Source: Stegostoma tigrinum (taxonomy: Eukaryota). From it: a DNA stretch of 64,000 nucleotides. Below are positions 53,891-64,000 of this stretch, piece by piece. The notes beneath the pieces are model-generated. The model was not told where the DNA came from. It made no database searches and worked only from the letters and a program-made list of their open reading frames with translations. A program made the position numbers and the translations under genes. The DNA is taken from positions 20,420,629 through 20,484,628 of the forward strand of contig NC_081391.1 in NCBI RefSeq assembly GCF_030684315.1. The letters run 5' to 3'. The number at the start of each line of letters is the position of its first letter. The stretch's first letter is position 1.

Positions 53891-55669
53891 ATGAAATTGA
53901 GTCGTTTGTTCTCCAGACAGAATAATCGCAGTTTCTCCAGTCTATCCTCACACCTGAAATTCGGTGTTCATGGCACTATGTGTTTTATTAACACCTCTCT
54001 TAATCAGTCCTTCCACCTTCAATGACTGAATGCAAATGCACCATCCAAGATCACTCACACCTGCACCCTCTTTAGGGTTGCACCTTTTATGTTACATTGT
54101 CTCTTTATCTTGTTCCCACATTTTTTCTGCATTGAACTTCATCTGTCACTTGCGTGCCGATTCCACCAACTTGCCTATGTCCTTTTGAAGTTCTGCACCA
54201 TGGTCCTCACACTAAGTTTCTTATCATGTACAAATTTTGAAATTGCGTCCTTTACTCCAAGGTCTAAGTCATTAGATTTCTTTAGAAAAAGCATGGCTCC
54301 CACCCTGGAACCTGTGGAACAAACTACAAACCATCCCCACGGTCCAAAGAACATCCATTAGCCATGAACTTTTATTTTGAGTCACTTGGGCAAGTCCAAT
54401 TCCACATCAGCTTTAACATTGTGGAAAAGCCTGTCGTGTGGCACTGCATCAAATGTTTTTTGTAATTCCACATAGACCACACTAACAGCAACCCTCTTGG
54501 TTACCTTATCACAAAAACTCCTGGGAGTTAGGTAAATGTGATTTTTCTTTTTGGGATCCATGCCTGATCTCCTCAAATGATTTACATTTTTCCGTGTGAC
54601 TGTTATGCGATTTTCTACTCCCATCTACAGTACTTACGATCACCCACCCCACAGCAGATTCACAAAAGTGGATTGGACTGTACTCTTTCACTTATTCCGT
54701 TTAGAAACTGAATGGAAAGCTGATGCTGCGGGACTCTGCACCCAGAAGTTGTAGCCTGTTCTGAGTTCACAACTTATTGCCCCCTTTCTCGTCAAAAGCT
54801 GAACCTTTTCCCCTCAAGCAGATTTAAAAGCTTTTCTCCTCCCCCCATTATCTGGAAAACTTGTAAATATTACTGAAATTGGGTTTCTAATTGAGTAAAC
54901 TCAACGCTCCACTCTCAGAGCTTCGCAACATTGGAAATGAACAAGTTTGTAAATTGGACCTCTCCTCCTGAGTATAACCCATTCCACATTCCCCTGCTGC
55001 GGCTCCCTGCTGGGAGCATTGTTTCAAAAATAAAGGAAATTGGAAAAAGCGCCCTGCACAGGACAAGCTGGCCTATGAATCAACAAAGTTTGGACGAAGG
55101 CGAGCAGGAAGGAAGTAGAACACGAGGGCAAAATGCCTTGCCCCCAACTCCACTTCCTTTGTGGTTCTCACGTTAAGTCTTACTCCCAGGAAATCTGCAA
55201 ACTGCAAATAGAACCTTGTTTTCTTCTCTTCTGAAAGTTTCATCTGGAACCCAGACCTTATATCCTGATGTCTAAGAAATGCTTTCAGTGCTATTTGACA
55301 CATAGTGCACCTAGAAAGTGTACAGGTGGATGAATGGGGATCTAAGTGATTGATGGCTTGTAATTGTTAAATAAAAACCAAGAGCACCCTTCAGCTGTGT
55401 TGGAAGGACGACACGAAAGGACAAAAAGGAAGGGTAGTGTCGAAAGTCTTCTGGAGAAAAAAGGTGATAACATGCTACAGATTAAATGGTGCACAGCTAC
55501 AGGATTGATGTCACACTAGGTTTTTTATGAAAACAGTGAATGCTTCACAGAGAATCCCTTTGGAGGAAAATTAATTCAAAATTTCATGAAGCATTGAAAT
55601 ATTATATACATATAGAAACAATAATAACTATTGTGGGCAGATATTGAAGTGAATAGAATTTATACTGTA

Positions 55670-55784
55670 TCAGAGACAATAGGAACTACAGATGCTGGAG
55701 AATCCAGGATAACAAGGTGTGAAGCTGGATGAACACAGCAGGCCAAGCAGCATCTTAGGAGCAAGAAAGCTGACATTTCGGGCC
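55670..55784 (-). mobile_element. Solo PLE 3' terminal fragment
   Basis: Reverse complement of the PLE terminus (GGCCCGAAATGTCAGC...TTCTCCAGCATCTGTAGTTCC). Confidence 0.75.
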
Positions 55785-55985
55785 TATATTGAAGTCTATA
55801 CTGTATATATTTTCCAGTTAGGTTTGTGGTTATCCAATAGTCAGATCAGATAGGTAATCATACAGAGAGATATGAAAGCCAGTTCCACAAATATTTTACT
55901 TCTAGGCAGAATGAGAGATTGGATAAGTCACAAAGTTCACCAGAACGAGGTCTGTGTATTGGAACAGTTTGTTCTAAAATTCTCA

Positions 55986-58833
<2,848 letters not shown>

Positions 58834-59807
58834 CTTCACTATTCCTGCTCACTATCACCTGGACAAGTCTTCAACTGAGCCTCACCAGCACAAGCTTGTA
58901 TTTATATTCCTGGGAACATCCTGCACCAAGTCAGGGAGGAGGCATCACCAATGATTGACAATGCCAGCTAACCAATCAAATCATCCGTGCACCAATGATC
59001 TTAGAAAAAGGAATTTGGTCGGGGCAATGACAGAACAAGATGTTTGGAGGAAATTCATTCTAATGAGGTCCCTGCGTCAGATTCATACAGCTTGTGCAAA
59101 TCCCTAAATTGCCATTGTTTGAGTAGATAAGAATGGCCTTTTTCTTTATGTTACAGCTTGAAGTTTGCCCAGGACAATATCTGGTTTCGAAAAGGTTTCA
59201 GTCCTGAAACAAATGATTGTGCTCCTGAGGAGCATTTTTTGCCATAGGCACAGCAGACAGGGTGATGGATGTTCATATCAGGACCTACTGTTCGTGTGAC
59301 ACGCCAAAGCAGGCAGGAGACAGATGCCACCAATAGACACAGTCAATCCACACAAACAGAACTGGTAACTGGGGAGTGATACTTGTTTTGGTGAAACAAA
59401 AGTGATTTAAAGATGCAACGAACATCCAGCGGTCACACTGCTTTGTCCAAACTGAGGTATCATGGTTACTCAAGGGCCACCCCATTGGTCATCAGAGAGA
59501 CCAAGACAGCAGCTAATAGGCAAGGCAGCTAAACTGTGTGCAAGTATTTCAAAAGGGAAAAATGGATCACCTTGCCACAACTATTCACCATGTTAAATGT
59601 TACTTGTCATTGTCTACTTAACCCACTTGATAGTGGAGATTTTGTGCAAACTCAGAAAAACACAATGTAGCTTTGTATAGTTTATTGCCAGTTGGTACAT
59701 TTCACAATAGAGATCACATCTTATCTATTTTTAGAAGCAGAAAACTCAGCTTGTCTAGATATCTCCCATTTATACAAAAAAAACCCCAGAAGTTTGCTCC
59801 CTGCAGT

Positions 59808-61732
<1,925 letters not shown>

Positions 61733-61993
61733 CTTCACTATTCCTGCTCACTACCACCTGGGCAATTGTAGAACTAAAGCTCTGCCCCAAGTTCTTGTAT
61801 TTATACTCCTGGGACATTGCACATGCCGACAGGGATGACATCACGAATGATGATTGACAATTCCGGACAGCCAGTCAGGAATCTCCAAGAATCCAGCCAC
61901 CAACAAACAAGGTAAAGGGGACTGTTGGGGAAAAGTGCTGAAAGACAGAGCCAATCAGAGATTTGGAATACGGACAGTTACAGATCATTATTC

Positions 61994-62590
61994 TGTGATA
62001 AGGGGTCAAGTGGTGAGCAGTCAATGAGAGGATAACGAACTTGTGAGGCCTTGTAATTTTTTTTTAAAGTTGGAACAATAGAAGCAACCTGGATGGGTGT
62101 GGCCAGATCTCACAGATTGGGAATTCCAGTCTTGCCGAGTTTTTAGATTCAGCTTGAAGCAGTTGCTGTTGGAGTCTCAACAGGATTGAAGGCTGCAGTT
62201 AATGGCTCCTGGCTTCTACATTCACTGAGCTATCACATCATGGTTTATGTCTCTCTGCTGCTGCTGAATTGTATGTGAGACAATCTATCTCTGTCTTTGC
62301 CTTTTTCGCTGGCTGTGTTTACGGGTTGTTAATATATTGGAACAATTAATTAGAAGTAGTCACTGTATCTATTGTTCTGTTGAAATTTTGCAATAGGGTT
62401 AAGCTGTTCTAATTTACTTTGTTATATTTTAGCTATAGTGTTTGAATAAATTCTGATTTGCTTACTGTTGAGCAGTCTGACTAATGAAGTTGCATCTCGA
62501 ACACAGCACTTTAACATTTGCCTTTATAATAAGAAAAGAGCTAGGTTCGAGGCTACTTTAAAATAATTTGAGGGGGTCTGGTCTATAACA
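61994..62590 (+). mobile_element. Possible solo LTR-like insertion upstream of copy 11
   Basis: About 600 bp with no counterpart in paralogous upstream regions; begins TGTGAT, ends ATAACA, internal AATAAA at about 62445. No TSD found. Confidence 0.35.
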
Positions 62591-64000
62591 CTAAGTCATG
62601 AATTCACTTTTTAAAAAAACGTGGCTCCCAACACTGGAACCTGTGGAACTCCACTACAAACCTCCCCCCATTCCCAAGAACATCCATTAGCCGTTTCCTT
62701 CTGTTTCCAGTCACTCAGCCAACCCCATATCTATGTCACGCTCGTGCCTTTTATTGCAGGAGCTTTAACATTGTTCATAAGTTTGTTGCGGCTTTGCATC
62801 AAATGCCTTTTGATTGTCCACGTAGGCCACACTGACAGCAATCCTCTTGCTTACATCTTCAAAAAAAAACTCCTGCCGGTCAGTTAAATGTGATTTTCCT
62901 GTAGGAGATACATGCCGAATCTCCTCAAATGATCTGCATTTGCCCGTGTGACCATGAGGCAATTTTCAGCTGCTATCTCCGGTACTTACTGTCACACACC
63001 GCACAGTATCATTGACAGAAGTGGGTAAGACTCTACTCTTTTATCTATTCATTTAGAAACCAAATGAAAGCCTGATGCTGCTGGACAGCGTGACTAGACT
63101 TTGTAGCTGAATCTCAGAGTTCATAATTATTGCCCCTATTAATTCTCAAATTCAAAACTATTTCTCAAACAGATTTAAAAGATTTCCCCCAGGTCAACCT
63201 GGATTGCCATTTCCAAGTAAAACCTGTATATGTTGCTGATGTTGGCTTTGTTCAAATAGAAGCCAACATTCCGCTCTCAGAGCTTCACAACTTTGGAGCG
63301 GAATGAGTTTGTAACTAAGACCTCTCCTCCTGAGCATAATCTATTCCACATTCCCATTCCATGGTTCCCTGCTAAGAACTCTGTTTTAAAGTATTTAAGA
63401 AAGTGACCTGCAGATGAAAACAGATGAAAAAGCTGCTATGAATCAAGGTGGAGGGTGATGGGTGATAGGTGATAGGGAGGAAGGATGCGGAATGTCGAAT
63501 GAGAGGAAAATGCTTTGAACCCAACTCCACTTTGCTATTCACGCAGCAAGTCTTACTGCTGAGAAATTCAAAAAAAAACTGCAGCCAGGGCCTAGTTTGC
63601 CTTTCTGCAAATTGAGTCCGGAAGGGGTCTCAGCCTCTCAGCGTGATGCCCTAATGATTGTTAGTTGAGCCTTTTTGGTGTTATTTGATATGTTCTCATG
63701 GTGCCCTGGGTGGTATAGGAGTGGATGGATGATGAACAACAATTGATAGCATGCAATTGTCAATCCAAAACAAGCGCACTCTTTAGCAAGAAGGACAAGA
63801 CAGGCAATAGAAAAAAGGGAAGCGGGGTAGTGTCTAAATTCTTCTGGAGAAGAAAGTGGATAACATGTCATGGAGTAAGTGGCACACAACCAGAGAACTG
63901 ATGGAATACTAGCTTGTGTTTTTTTTTTAACAAAAAAAAAAGCAGGGGGTCGGTGTTCAATTCCTGCCTGTTTTGATAATAAAATGTGAGGCTGGATGAA

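Overview
Eukaryotic genomic DNA, almost certainly from a cartilaginous fish: the HE1/V-SINE, CR1 and Penelope-like repeats are shark-type, which is inference. The whole window is a tandem array of at least 11 four-exon ferritin genes most similar to amphibian/fish H'/M (middle) subunits. Coding exons are 102/147/126/147 nt, giving 173 aa. Copies 1-7 are on + and copies 8-11 on -, converging at about 41.6-43.5 kb. Six copies have intact ORFs and splice sites (3834-6819, 17622-19769, 22577-24812, 43494-45921, 50274-52672, 55986-58833); five are disabled. Main observations: (1) no copy has the 5'UTR iron-responsive element typical of vertebrate cytosolic ferritins, and all have a compact TATA promoter, most with a Pbx/Prep-type decamer 10 nt from a CCAAT box; (2) exons are near-identical while introns, promoters and flanks are swapped among copies in a mosaic; (3) three hairpin-templated micro-inversions, one through the ferroxidase-centre region; (4) a near full-length Penelope-like retroelement with a 13-bp TSD, plus intronic fold-back PLE termini carrying hammerhead-like cores. 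All coordinates were read by eye; no alignment or database search was run.
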